Shown piece by piece: positions 39,722 to 52,005 of a stretch of 64,000 nucleotides of DNA. The notes under the pieces were generated by a model. That model saw only the letters and a program-made list of their open reading frames with translations, was not told the origin of the DNA and did not search any database. Within the stretch, counting starts at the first letter, position 1. Every line of letters begins with the position of its first letter. A program made the position numbers and the translations under genes. This stretch comes from Eremomyces bilateralis CBS 781.70 (Eukaryota). The stretch is from assembly GCA_010015585.1 (NCBI GenBank), contig ML975164.1. The stretch is one strand, 5' to 3'.

Positions 39722-39806
39722 TGATTTCGGCCGGGCTCGATCCGGCGACCTTGAGTGTACTAACAGGATGTTAGACTCACGTGATAACCAACTACACCAC
39801 GAAACC
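39722..39806 (-). tRNA. tRNA-Val(AAC) with an ~11-nt intron
   Basis: Acceptor GGTTTCG/CGAAATC-A, A-box TGGTGTAGTTGG, anticodon stem TGAGT/ACTCA with CT-AAC-A, T arm GCCGG-ATCGAGC-CCGGC, downstream T-run terminator. Confidence 0.92.
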
Positions 39807-40602
39807 AATTGATATTAAAGATTTGCACTTTTTCCATTTTCAGCCACAATTCTATACACCGCAACCCATCAACCCTTTCATTCCGTTCCCTAGCAAACAA
39901 TCAGTTCATCCAGTGGATCAAGAGCTGACCAACATATCACAATAACCTATTTTTGGACCAACTGCATTATAGAATATTTAAAAACAAGCTTAAACCCTTA
40001 GAGGGCGGTCGTTTTGCCGATTTGAAGGTTGGTGCTGTGGTACTCAAGTCTTCCCACGACAAGTCCATCACTACGATTAGCCCCTGAAAATGAGTCCCCG
40101 TTCCCCAGAGGAAACATAGGTTTCAAGTAATTATTAAGAGGCTGCATTCTATGAAGTATTATATTTTGTATATCATTTATTATCACCTTGGCTATGCTTT
40201 ATAGTTCTAGAAAACATAGTGAGGGTCAGGACCACGATCAGTTCAATGGAACATCTTCAAGTGATCCCCCTATTGTCATCACGTTGCCCTCAGAACCCTT
40301 CGCGTTCACGGATTACCATTATCAATATTTTCCCAATACAGCAACAATGAATTCACATAGCCGCTGGTACTTTGGTGTAAGAATTCACGCTCCTGATTTT
40401 CACATGCTTCAACTCCTGGTATAAACCTTATCATAAACACATCGACCTTTATCAATCTCTGATAACATTTTGACACGTCACACACATCTATTAGAAGATA
40501 AATTAGAGCAGAATTGCATCTACTTTGGATGCCCCTTCAATATACCTTGCTTCTAATTTCGCACTTCAAAGTCAAACCAAGTCCAATATTGAATCTCCAA
40601 CG

Positions 40603-41767
40603 CTGCCTACACTCACCTCTCTGCCAGTCGGGATGTTGGAAGAAGTAGCAAGACATCTCGCGGAAGGAGATAGCAATGGGATATCATCATATCGCCAAAC
40701 ATGCCGGATGATGTGCAATATAATCTGGAAAGCATTCAGCAACCGATAATTTCCGATACCGATACCATGCGTTCAACGAGCGTGGACTTCACGCCCTCGC
40801 CGGCATTTCCTGCCATCCTAAGCTGGGACCGGCCGTCAAGCACCTTTCGATCTCGATCCTGAGGTTCAGGAATCACAATACCTAGAGGACCACGAGAACG
40901 ATCGCCGAGCGCAACACATCAGAAAGCTTTATAGCGATGATGCGCTGCTCCTTACGCAAGCACTGGGGAACCTCCTCCCAAACAGCACCTTAATTCGAGT
41001 TCTCAACTCTAGGCCTAACGCATACCGCATCTTCGGCCCCAGCATGCCTGCGGACGGAGGTCGCATCACACGAATTGACGACAATGGCCTTGATGAACCC
41101 AATAGTGCCGTTGAGCACGTTCATCGCAATTCTCGCGGCGATTAGTCGGAGCATTACCGAGTTGGTGGTCCGGATGGATGGCGACGGGTTCCACACTGGC
41201 CTACCGTGCGAGCACCTTCGAATCTTAGGGCCGGTAGAGACGGGCTTGAGAACTTAGGGATTTTCAGGGCTCCGGAAACTCGACCTGAACATAAGCAGCA
41301 TTGGGGATCCGGAGTTCGACGAGCTAGATGGAAGACAGATGGGAAAGTTCATCTCCATGGTGCAAGCTGTCGAATCTCTATTCCTAGAGTTTGAGGAGCA
41401 AACAGTGGACGGTATCATATTTGAAGCCGTTGCGGAAGAGTTACACCTTCCGCATTTGAGAACGATTATATTGAAAAACTGGACGATGGCCGATGGAGAC
41501 TTGAAGAAATTCTTGGCAAAGCATGGGAACGCAGTCCACCATCTGTGCCTACAGGTGGTCGACATTGAATCTAGTTCTGCGGGCACGGAAAAGAAAGAGC
41601 TGAAGTTGATGATGGGGGTGATCCAAGAGCTGGGAACACTGGACCTCAAAAGTCTTGGGCTGGGGGATATGACGGTGAACGGCGGGAAGTCGTTGAGTGA
41701 CGAGTGGATGGAGGCTCTGTTCGAGAGGAAATCCCGACCATCCTCGCGGACGGACGAGAGAGGTTGA
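40603..41767 (+). pseudogene. Disrupted paralog of the F-box/LRR-like gene
   Basis: LTSLPVGMLEEV..YRQTC and, after a frameshift, RYHAFNERGLHALAGISCHPKLGPAVKHL align to the 30553 protein; frameshift with TAA at 40747, further shifts near 40880 and 41110, in-frame TAG at 41255; C-terminal LHLPHLRTIILKNW..DLKKFLAKH. Confidence 0.78.
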
Positions 41768-42456
41768 GCTGGTGGGAGGAGTAAGAAGGGAGGAGTCGAA
41801 GAGCCAAACTAGGTTGTGGCGGCGTGCGGGTGTGTCTATTTTGGGTTTACGGTCGCTCTGTTCTCTTGCTGCTACGGCACTGTCGGGCAGTACGTCTGTC
41901 ACTCCTCTACTTTCCCCTTTCCCACTGCATAATTAATTGGTAGTACCAGTATGCACACGTGGCACACAACTTTGCACAGTGAGCTGCAGTCGGGTGTGAA
42001 TAAATTATAAAACAAGGATTGTGGCTGTGCTGTTGCCCCATCGAGTCTAAGAGTCACATGAGCGTCAGGTCCAACATCAAGCCGTGTTCATGTTGATTTC
42101 ATGCTTCGCATTATTTGTAAGTGATGGCCTTAGATGAATCCTAATGGTTCATCTTTTGAAATTCTTAAATCAGCACTTCGAAGGCTCTGTCAACGTGCTA
42201 GGTGATCAAAATCGACTAAGCCGAGCAAGCCAAGCACATTTCCCAGTAAAGACTCGGCACAGCCATTCCATTCCGCATCCGGTCGGTTCGCCGCAGGTGA
42301 CGACGACTCCGACGACACCCAGCGACTACGCCCCACCTGCAACATCAATCTTCAAACGCATCGGAATCCGATTTGAGATTCCTTAAAACTTCCCATTTCG
42401 CACTCAGGGCATCCTCTCCATCTCCATCTCCACAGTCCTCCCCAACAATCATCAAC

Positions 42457-42780
42457 ATGTCGAAATACGATCAACCCATGAGCCCTCCTCCCTCCTACGC
42501 TCCGGGCGGCGGATACCAACAATCACCCCCGCCGCAACAACCCTACGGAGGCCAAGCGCAGCAATACTATCAACAACAACCCGACTACAACAACTATCAA
42601 CAGCAACCGCAGATGGCCTATCCTCAACAAGGATACCCACCGCAAGGACAGCAAGGATATATCCCACCGCAAGGATATCAAGACAACGGAAGGGGACGAG
42701 GGGGTGGCGGAACGACTGCAGCGATGGGAATTTGCGCGGGTCTTTGCGCGGCGCTGTGCTGTTTGGATTGCATCTTCTAA
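42457..42780 (+). CDS. CYSTM-module protein (Q/P/Y-rich, Cys-rich TM tail)
   Basis: PPPSY, repeated PPQG/QQY, ends GICAGLCAALCCLDCIF*. Confidence 0.88.
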   Translation: MSKYDQPMSPPPSYAPGGGYQQSPPPQQPYGGQAQQYYQQQPDYNNYQQQPQMAYPQQGYPPQGQQGYIPPQGYQDNGRGRGGGGTTAAMGICAGLCAALCCLDCIF

Positions 42781-43204
42781 GGAGGGTTGGGCGGAGTCCG
42801 TCGCTGAGACTGGACGTTCAAGAGAGTTGCATTACTGCGTTGGGTTTCAAATCGGATTTCGAGCCGGTGCTCGGTTTGTCGGCGGTTAACGGCGTTCAAA
42901 GGGATATACGTGGGACTTTCATGGATACTGCACGCTGCATCTGTGAGGCTGATCTCGGCGGGGGCAAGGCAGCAAATCGGGACCATGGCGCTTGGGATAT
43001 TTTTGGCTGCGAGAAATTCGGTGGGCTGCTGATACGGTAACTTTCTATAGCTACGAAACTAATAGTGAAATTTACAAGGATGTCAACAACAAATCATTGA
43101 CCGTAAACCTGGGGTATCATGCCGTAACGCCATATCCAAACCGGAACCAGATGCAAACAATCCCACGGGACGCTGAGTAGAGGATCATCGTAGACAAATG
43201 CACT

Positions 43205-44257
43205 TCAGATCAGCCGCAATGCCGCGCGGTGGACATGATTTGTGAAGTTCAGCATGGCCTTCGACTTGTTGTTCGACTTCTGCAACCTCCGGAACGCCTC
43301 CCGAATATGGCTCGGTTGTACCGGCTCCTTCTCTTCCTCCGCGAGATCGAACAATCCCGGCTCTCGCTTCCGCTTCTGGCCCTGCGTCTCGCTCCCCGTC
43401 TTCTTTTTGTATGCGTCCTCGATTTTCTTGACCACCAGCGCCTCTTCTGTAAGCGTCTGCACGATCTCGAAGGTCAGGAACCCAAGGATGTCGATGATGT
43501 CGTCGTTCGGCTTGGTGTCCGTAATACCGCCGAACCCAGCCCATTCTCGAAACCGCTTGCCCTTCCGCCACGTAAACGACGCTTGTCGACATTCCGACCA
43601 ATGCATGTAGTCCTCTCGCGACATATGCTTCGTCCGCTCGTCGGCGTTCTTCAGCCGCTGCAACGTCGCCGAGTTCTGCTCTTCCTCCTCCTCATCGTCC
43701 TCATCATCTCGAGCCGGCACAAACTCGCTGAAGTAGCTGGGGACATCCCAAGCCAGATCCACGCGCGCCTTCTTGTTCGTTTTCTTCAGGTCCGGAGGCC
43801 CGTTCATGCCGGGCGCTGGCCCTTCTTCGGCGGCGGCGATCTCCGCATCCGGTCCCTTGTCATCCGAGGATTCTTTAACGTTTTTGCGGACGTCTTTCCA
43901 TTGGAGGAAATGTCGTAAGCGGGAGAGTTTCGCTCGGTCGTGGCGGATGAGCATCATGAGGTCGTCGGTTGATATGGATCGGCTTCCGCGACGGGTTGCC
44001 AGGGCGGTGCACTCTTTCAACTTCGCAGCTAGTCAGTACATGGTCCATCTTATATCGAGAGCACTATAAGCCTTACAATTTCCATAACTTGTTGCTGGAC
44101 GATCAGCTCAATCAACGATGTCGTCTCCACCGAGGCCTCGCCGGTTTCACCAGAGACGAACATCATCTGCGAAGCTGTCAGCCAAGGAACGATGACGGGG
44201 AGATAATGAACATACCTGCTGGATCTCCGACTTATACTTCGGGTTCTTGTCCGCCAT
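43205..44257 (-). CDS. SPT3: SAGA subunit Spt3
   Basis: [63 protein letters not shown]; two 5' introns. Confidence 0.95.
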
Positions 44258-44696
44258 GATGATGGAGTAAATCCCTTTGACTTGATGCTGGCTGATCGCG
44301 GGGTCGCAATTACGGGATGGTGCAGATGTGAGTCAAATTCGGTGCCCGCCAGACTCTCTCGAGGCTAACGATCAGGAGTGGAATCTTGTGTGTCACCAAG
44401 AAGTTGTGGAACAGGTGATGAAGGAGTTGCTGAAAGGGTTGCTGAAAACACAATGCGAGGGTGTACCTTATTTGTCTTGGAGAATGCTGTGATCAATGCG
44501 GGAGGGAGACACAGACATGCATCTGCCGTCATATAGAGTGTGGCTGAAGTATATTACAGCTAACTGTTTAGCGTATTCTATACATCGTCACCACCTGAAT
44601 TACGGTAGGATGCGAATTTTTGAGCGCGCTTCTTCACTCAAAAATTTGATGTTTTCGGAAGTGACACGGCCCTGTTAACTAAATAGTCGAGGCGGG

Positions 44697-45662
44697 ATGT
44701 TGTACCTCATAGGCCTCGGCCTTGCCGATGAGAAAGATATCACGGTGAAAGGCCTGGAAATTGTCAAAAGAGCTGAGCGAGTCTACTTGGAGGCATACAC
44801 AGCCATTCTCCTCATTGAAAAAAATCAATTAGTATGGTCTACCAATCCTTCAATAGAAGGATCACTGTACTGATGTGGGGGAATGATTAGTAGGAAGCTT
44901 TCTATGGCCGTCCAGTAATCATCGCGGACCGCGAGTTGGTCGAGACCGGCAGCGATGACATCCTCGCGGACGCTGACAAGGTCGATGTCGCCTTCTTAGT
45001 AGTGGGAGATCCTTTCAGGTACCGTGTTGTATAATAGTTCATGTTCCCCCCAAATCTAACCATCTCGAAGCGCAACTACGCACGCTGACCTCGTCATCCG
45101 GGCCCGGGAACTCTCCATCCCAACCCAATCCATCCCGAATGCCTCCATCCTCACCTCCATAGGAACCACGGGCCTTCAACTCTACAACTTCGGCCAAACA
45201 GTCTCCATGGTGTTTTTCCTGCCCTCGTGGCGACCAGCAAGCTTCTACGACCGCATCAAGGAGAATGTGTCGATCGGCTTGCATACCTTGGTCCTTCTGG
45301 ACATCAAGGTCAAAGAGCAGTCGCTCGAGAACCTAGCGAGGGGAAGAAAGATCTACGAGCCTCCGCGCTTCATGACCGTGGCACAATGCGCGGATCAGAT
45401 GTTGGAAGTGGAAGAAGAGAAGGCTGAGGGTGTGTATGGGAAGGAGTCATTGGCCGTCGGTGTCGCCAGGGTTGGCTCGAGTGATCAGAGCATTGCGGTG
45501 GGTACTCTGGAGCAGTTGAAGAGCGCGGACCTGGGGAAGCCTCTGCATAGTCTGATCCTGCTAGGAAAACGGGTACATGACTTGGAAAGAGAGTTCTTGA
45601 AACCATTCGCAATCGACGTGGCGTCATTCGAGTCGATCTGGAAGAGGGATTATAACCATTAA
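44697..45662 (+). CDS. DPH5: Diphthine methyl ester synthase
   Basis: [63 protein letters not shown]; two introns. Confidence 0.96.
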
Positions 45663-47551
45663 CGCATCCGATTATTTATCGAGCGTGTACCACCGATGGT
45701 TATCTAGCTAACAAGCTCGATTCCGATGGAACTATACCGTCATTTCAGGTTTGACTGGCCATTGGGGACTGGGAGCTTTTGCCGACAAGATAGTAACCGG
45801 TGCCCAGATTGTCGTGGCTCAGATCAGGTTTCGAAAGCACCAAGAGAGCAATGGTGAAGTCAACTGGGCCATTATTGTACGTAAGCTACCAAAGTCTGCT
45901 TCCGCCTCGATTGAAGCCGTCTACTTTACAATTCTTCAGCTCCTATGTGAACGTTGGGGGCCGAGAACTCCGGTAGGGCATCAGGAGGTGTTAGAGCTGC
46001 CCCGTCGCGTCCAAGCACGGTCGCCTGCCATAGATACTGGAAGGAAGCGATACCTCAGGGTAACCTATATGATGTCTGAGCATTTGACTGAATCCAGACA
46101 TGAGAGGCAAAATTAGAGTGTTCTCGTGAGGACACCATATTCGGCTGGTACCGGAACAAGGCTGACGACGTCGACGACGGTGGGAGAGTATCACCTTTTA
46201 CCTGCCGATCAACATACTTAGTACATAAACTCGGTGGCCGTCAACGGACAATCCTGTGCTGGTATAACTAAGTGTGCTAGGCGACTCTACTCCGTTCCAA
46301 CATCCACGACAATAGGCGCCATTCAATTTATATGTAGAGTTGAGCTGAGCCTCTATCAATCTGCTGGTTCCCTATCTCGCATTCCTTTGAGCCAAGCAAT
46401 TTACAGTGTTGGAAATTGGCATTAAGTTTCCGGTACGATGCAAAAGGGTTTCAAATTTTTCATCATCCTGTCCCGGCAGGGCGGCGGAAGGATTGGTACG
46501 AATCTATGCGATCATGGCTAATTTTGGACCTAATTCCCGATTACATTTCATCGTTGGTGCTCGGTTCCTGTCAATGCTCCTAAGTTACCAATTACTATAC
46601 CTCTATGCCTCTATGTTGCTTCGAGCTGTCCATAATCGCGACGGCATTGATGATGTCTTGGTGCTACGAACCATACGAAATATGAGTTTGGTTCGAGTGT
46701 CTTGAATTCCTGCACTGCAGTTATCTCATATCTGTTTCAGGTTTCTCTTGTTATGACCTTGTTCTTGACCATCTGCAGTTCAGATAGAGTCGAATGGTCG
46801 ATCAGCGATCAGCGATATTCTAGAACGAGAACCTGAAACACCAGCAAAATATCCATTTCCACCCCCGTCGAGGGCTCCGCCTCGCACTATGGATAAATAT
46901 CAATCCGCTTCCATGGCAAAGCTGAAAACGCCGATTGACATATGGCAAAATTCTAGCCCCCATTCGAATTTCCATCCTACTTTGCAGTATGCCCAGAAGG
47001 GCTAGGCGCAATATCTGACTGCCTAGGGGAGCATCCTTTCAATTTTGCCAATGCAGATTTGGTCGCTTAGGTCGGTTGAAGCTGGTACGCTGAGCCTCGA
47101 CTGATGCACAGGAGGTCGTGGGACTCCCTACATGCCCTCTATATAGGACGACAACTTGGGTCAAATGGAAGACTGTTCCTGGATGTCGCTTCAGTAAATA
47201 GTACGCTGAGAAATTTCAGGTTAGCCATGGAAATCCTGAAGGATTCGGATTCGCTTCACGATGGGGTTCGCGTTGTCCTTTGACCTTGGCGGTCATAAAA
47301 ATGCGAGTTTCTCCTGGACCTCTGATATTAACCATGGCGTGACAATTCAAAGCCCTTAGGGGGTAACACGCAGGATGAGTGCACGAGATGTCAACATGTG
47401 AACTCTTATCTCGGACAGCGGTTAAGGGCGAGATATAAAAACCCCGTCTCGACTCGTTCAAATGGCTTTCCTTTTTGTCAAAACGCTCCCTCATCTTCAA
47501 TATTGTTCATTAAGTCCAGTCCAGATCTCTCGTTGTCACCTTACTTTAACC

Positions 47552-48305
47552 ATGCTGAAGACACTCCTTTTGGTTTCTTTTCTCGTCTCCAGCGCGCTAG
47601 CCAATCCCGCCCCTCTCGGAAGCGTGCGTCTCGGAGCCAGAAATGCGGCCGGACAGCTTGATACCCTCGTCACTACGAAGATGAAGTACACCGGCCCGAT
47701 CACTCCTGGAGGCGAGGATGTGGAGCTGAGTGGTACTGCGGAAGATGTCTACAACCAGATTGTGCACCTCAACCCTAGCTACGACCCTGCAGCGTTCGGC
47801 AACAATGCAACCGACATCGCCCCCCCTTTGAGCAAGCGGGATAAGTCCGGCCTGATTTGCAACATTGGCCGCCACGCTCAGGTCGGCCGTATCTGGCAAG
47901 GGATCTCATACCTCAAGTCTCTTCCCGGTGGAGGTACGTGTGGAATTGACGCTGGCCCGGCCCATTGCGTCCGTATTAGCTGCTCCTGGGACTCGGGGAT
48001 CTTCCTCTGCAACGATGTATGTCATCGGATCCAAACCCCTCAAGTATTATACAATTTGGGCTGATATGACGGCACAGAACCCGTGGCCGATCGCACCGAA
48101 CTGCGCTTACCTCGCAACCTACGCGGAGGACATCGTACTCAGTTGTCCTTATTCCGATGAATGTCAGCCCGGTGCTGCTGCTTTTTGCAACGAATTTGTT
48201 AATGGGCAGCGATTTGATACTGGTTAGTATTATTATTCCTTCATGTGGAACGAGCTGACAATATCAGACAACTACAATGTGATCGTCGGTTGGTCCGGAT
48301 GCTAG
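47552..48305 (+). CDS. Small secreted cysteine-rich protein (effector-like) with a Kex2-type pro-domain
   Basis: Signal peptide MLKTLLLVSFLVSSALA, LSKR site, CVRISCSWDSGIFLCND motif, 10 Cys after the KR, two introns, ends VIVGWSGC*. Confidence 0.85.
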
Positions 48306-48889
48306 CCTACATTCAAATAGCCTAACTTTGGGCGGATGTATACTTCTCTTCTTGAAATGGACATGAACAGTGGAATTGTCCATGTCTGCAATGATTGCTG
48401 CCGCGCAGTGCTGAATCTGGCTGTGTACTTATGATCTCTAAAATTAGTCGGTCGACTTCCTTGTAGGGCGTTCAAAATATACTACATCTCATCTCAAGCC
48501 TTGGACGTTTGAGCATTCCGCGCACATTAACCTAAGGGGAAGACATTGGAAGTAGGGATGGTGAATTACGGATAGGCCATATGTACCATGTTTGAACCTC
48601 TGAAGAGTGATGTGATACTAGATGTGGAACTTTGCGTTCAGGGTATGGTCGAAAGGGTTGAAGAGGTGGTCGTACAGAAGATTTGAAAGCCGCTGGTGTT
48701 TCATCAATCGGTAGGTATCCAAAGTAATAAATCCAATATACGACAATTGCGGTCATGGCTCCAGCACTTGGAATGCCTGCGATCTTGTCGCCTAAAACTT
48801 TTATAATCGCTCAATCAAAGGGCAATCCCCAAGCAACCGGACTCAGTCTGCTTAATGCCAATTCGTTGCTATGGACATTGAGCCGTGGA

Positions 48890-50078
48890 TCAGCATATAG
48901 GCAGCCCCAATGTCGTCCTCAACAACTCCCAGGCCAGCTCCGGGGTCCCTTTGACCGCCTCCTGGATCTCTCTCCGCTCCGCAATTTCTCTGTGCTCCCT
49001 GAACACCTGCAAGCAAACATCCCGCAGGCCCCTATCAGTCTCCAAGCTATTCTCATAGACCTCCACGAGTGAATCCGCAAACTCTTCGCCCGCCCAATGC
49101 GTTTGGACCTGGCATGCGAACTTGGCGCCGGCCAGGGTCTTCAGTCCGGCAATGTGGTACTTATCCGCCAACGCATAGACACGCGCGTGGGCCATCAGGT
49201 GGGGCTCAGGGGTTGGAGAGACTTCCAGGTCGGAGAGGAGTTCGAAGGGGTTTGTATCGCTCCCAGTATCATCAAGAGCGGAGTCGAGCGTAAAGGGGTT
49301 GGATTTGGTCCCCACAGAAGGGGAAGCTGGCATTTCAGGGGAGAGGGGGAGGCAGGAATCAACGTTGTGAGCGTTGGCCGCCGCGGTAGCTATGAGGGGA
49401 TCCTCAACCATGGCAAGATTGAGTTTGCGGGGTCGGCGGAAAGATTGCTGTGCGGTTGCAGAGCATGGGGAAAGGGGGGAGAAAGCGGAGCCAGGTGGGG
49501 ACATTGGGGACGTTGGAAGGGACTGTGCGGGGGAGGACTGGGGAGTATGGAGGCGTGGCTGGGGCGGTAGAAGGTAATCAAGATGGTAAAAGTCTATTGG
49601 TTACGGAATCAGTACGACGATTTGTTTGAGCATCGGGTTTGGTCGGAATTGTGAAGTAGACGGCGCGCCTAACGCGACGACAGCAGTTGCACACCACAAT
49701 ATCCATAACATGGAGAAGGGGTCTTGTGTTCCAAATCTCATTCTGACTAAATCGGCAACTCACAGTGCACCATATGTTCAACGGCAGTTGGGTCATCTTC
49801 GCTTAGATCGATGATACTCGATTGCGACTCTCTAAACGGAGAGCTGACTGCGCCGTCAAAGAAACCGCTTCTCGAGCAGATAATAGCTCTATGCACAGCA
49901 TATGTCTTCGAACCGGAAACAATGGTAAGGTCCGAATATTTGCCAGCTTCAAGCAGTCTGAAAAGTTCCATGAGAAAAAATTCACTGAAAAACATGTTCG
50001 CTAGACGTACGTTGACAAGGCTGACATCAACTCCTGTCGGGGTGCCTCAGTAGGAGTCGATATGGGTGCAGCGGACAT
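48890..50078 (-). CDS. BTB/POZ-domain protein
   Basis: KYSDLTIV..VHRAIICSRSGFF..FRESQSSIIDLSEDDP..MVH|YFYHLDY, HARVYALADKYHI; introns 49958-50010 and 49594-49763. Confidence 0.9.
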
Positions 50079-51450
50079 GATTAAAAGTGCAAGTTCAATG
50101 ACGGATATGGGTAGAGAATTCCAATGCTTTCAAATCACGACAAAGAAGGACAATGCGCTGTGTTCGAGAGACTTGAAAATGATATTTATAGACAAAGCCC
50201 AGAAATAGGAGGATCTAGGCTTCTTAAGGCTCCCCAAAATCTTTGGATCGTCCACACCCGTAGCACCTTGAAATTAGGTGAGAGATTGTAGTATCTCGCA
50301 GAGAGGTACCAGATGGGCTCCTCTTCAGCGGGATGCCATGGTCTTATGTAGTGATCACCCTCGAGCAAGGCTGGAGACGAATTAAACTGAGACATTAGAC
50401 GGATGGTGGCTTATACGTCCCGCAGAGGGACTATGCCCAGACGTTAACAAGATTCACGAATGAAATCGAAGATATGCCGTGCCATATTCCGACTAAATTG
50501 CAGGAGGGGGCATATGCGATATGTCAGTCGACCAACTGGTGGTGGCGCGGGGTTGGGCCACGCAGAAAGTGACGTTAAACTGCAAGAACGGCCAACCTGT
50601 CATACCTGTAGGAAGATGGGATAGGCTGCGCAAAAAAAAGCCCCTTTCCACCACCAAAACAGCCCCGACCGGCAGGACAGATACATATCATCTTCGACGT
50701 CTCCAACGCCCGATTTCGTCCTGCAGTTCTCCTCCCCCAGTCCTGAATTTCCCCTGTGTAACCGAAGAATGCTCTGCTTAAGGTATCAAACGGCCGACCA
50801 CTTCTACGTACCACGATCTGAGCATACGCAATGCCCAGCACAAGGCAGGATATGGTGGTGGTCTTTCATCATGAGTAGGAGGAGCGCGACCGAAGCGGAG
50901 TCAGTGGGTGAGGCATTGCGTTCCTTGCTTTGTTGCAGGATCACTAGATTCGAGCTACACAGGATAGAGTGCTCACGCGGCTTGTGTGTCGTCACAACCG
51001 CTTAACTGATCGGAGCAAGAAGTCTGTTTTCGTTCGTTCCTAGTAGGTCTGCTTTGACGGCCATGCTGGTGAACGGCGATCTAACCGCCTTGCGAAGTAT
51101 TCCTGCGTCGCAAGCCTAGTATGCATGGCATTAGCTATCAGGCCTTCAGAGATTTATTTCCATGGGTTGCTTGTCTTGTTTCCAACCTAGTTCGCTGCAC
51201 ATAGTACTCCTTTGTTGGATCTTATTTTAACAAGAGTCGTCGTAAGCGTTCAAAATCGATTGGCTGGTTTTAGGTGGTTACCATCACCACCCTTCCTTTG
51301 ATGCCTAATTGAATCAACAGGAATCTAGGGGAGGACAAATATAGGTAAAGAAGAAGCATACAAAGTATATTCCGTATAACCTCATGCTAGGAAAAACATA
51401 AAGCATTGACTGTACTGCCCGGAAACACTAGTTATGGTGGTTTGAAAACA

Positions 51451-51530
51451 GCTAACTAGTTAACTTAACTAACTTAAGTTAACTTAACTAAGTTAACTTA
51501 GATCATTGATAACTAACTTAGTTACCATAC
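51451..51530. repeat. TpA-rich low-complexity patch of nested palindromes (TAAC/GTTA units)
   Basis: gctaactagttaacttaactaacttaagttaacttaactaagttaacttag; 14-bp palindromes at 51474-51487 and 51488-51501. Confidence 0.75.
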
Positions 51531-51735
51531 AGACCTAGTTAAAGGTTGGAAAGGTGATACTAGTAAGCTGGCGATAGGTGGTCGGAGGAAAAGAACTCGC
51601 AGAATCCATGTAAATTAAAAAACCTTCCCTCGTTATCCGTACTAGGAAGATAGTTATAACTATAAGTTATGAGTTAAAAAATAACGATAGAAATCGTAGA
51701 TTAGAAAAAAAATCAAAAATAAATCAAAAAGAAAC

Positions 51736-51846
51736 TGCTCCCCACCAGGATCGAACTGGTGACCTTGGGATCTCTCCAGGATTTTCGCCTGGTCATAGAC
51801 ATGAATTCTATGAGACCCACGTGATAACCAACTACACCAGGGAAGC
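51736..51846 (-). tRNA. Elongator tRNA-Met(CAT) with an ~37-nt intron
   Basis: Acceptor GCTTCCC/GGGGAGC-A, CT-CAT-A loop with the T31-T39 mismatch typical of eukaryotic elongator Met, T arm ACCAG-TTCGATC-CTGGT, T-run terminator. Confidence 0.92.
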
Positions 51847-52005
51847 AGGTGATTGATATAGCAAAATTTGAGGTGTATAGTACATATACTAAATTAATGT
51901 GTTCCACCAAAATTCTACCTGGCCACCTCCGACACCGCAACAACCCCCACAATGAGCCCGCCCTTTGACACGACATAATATCAGCATATTCATCTTTGCA
52001 GTTCG

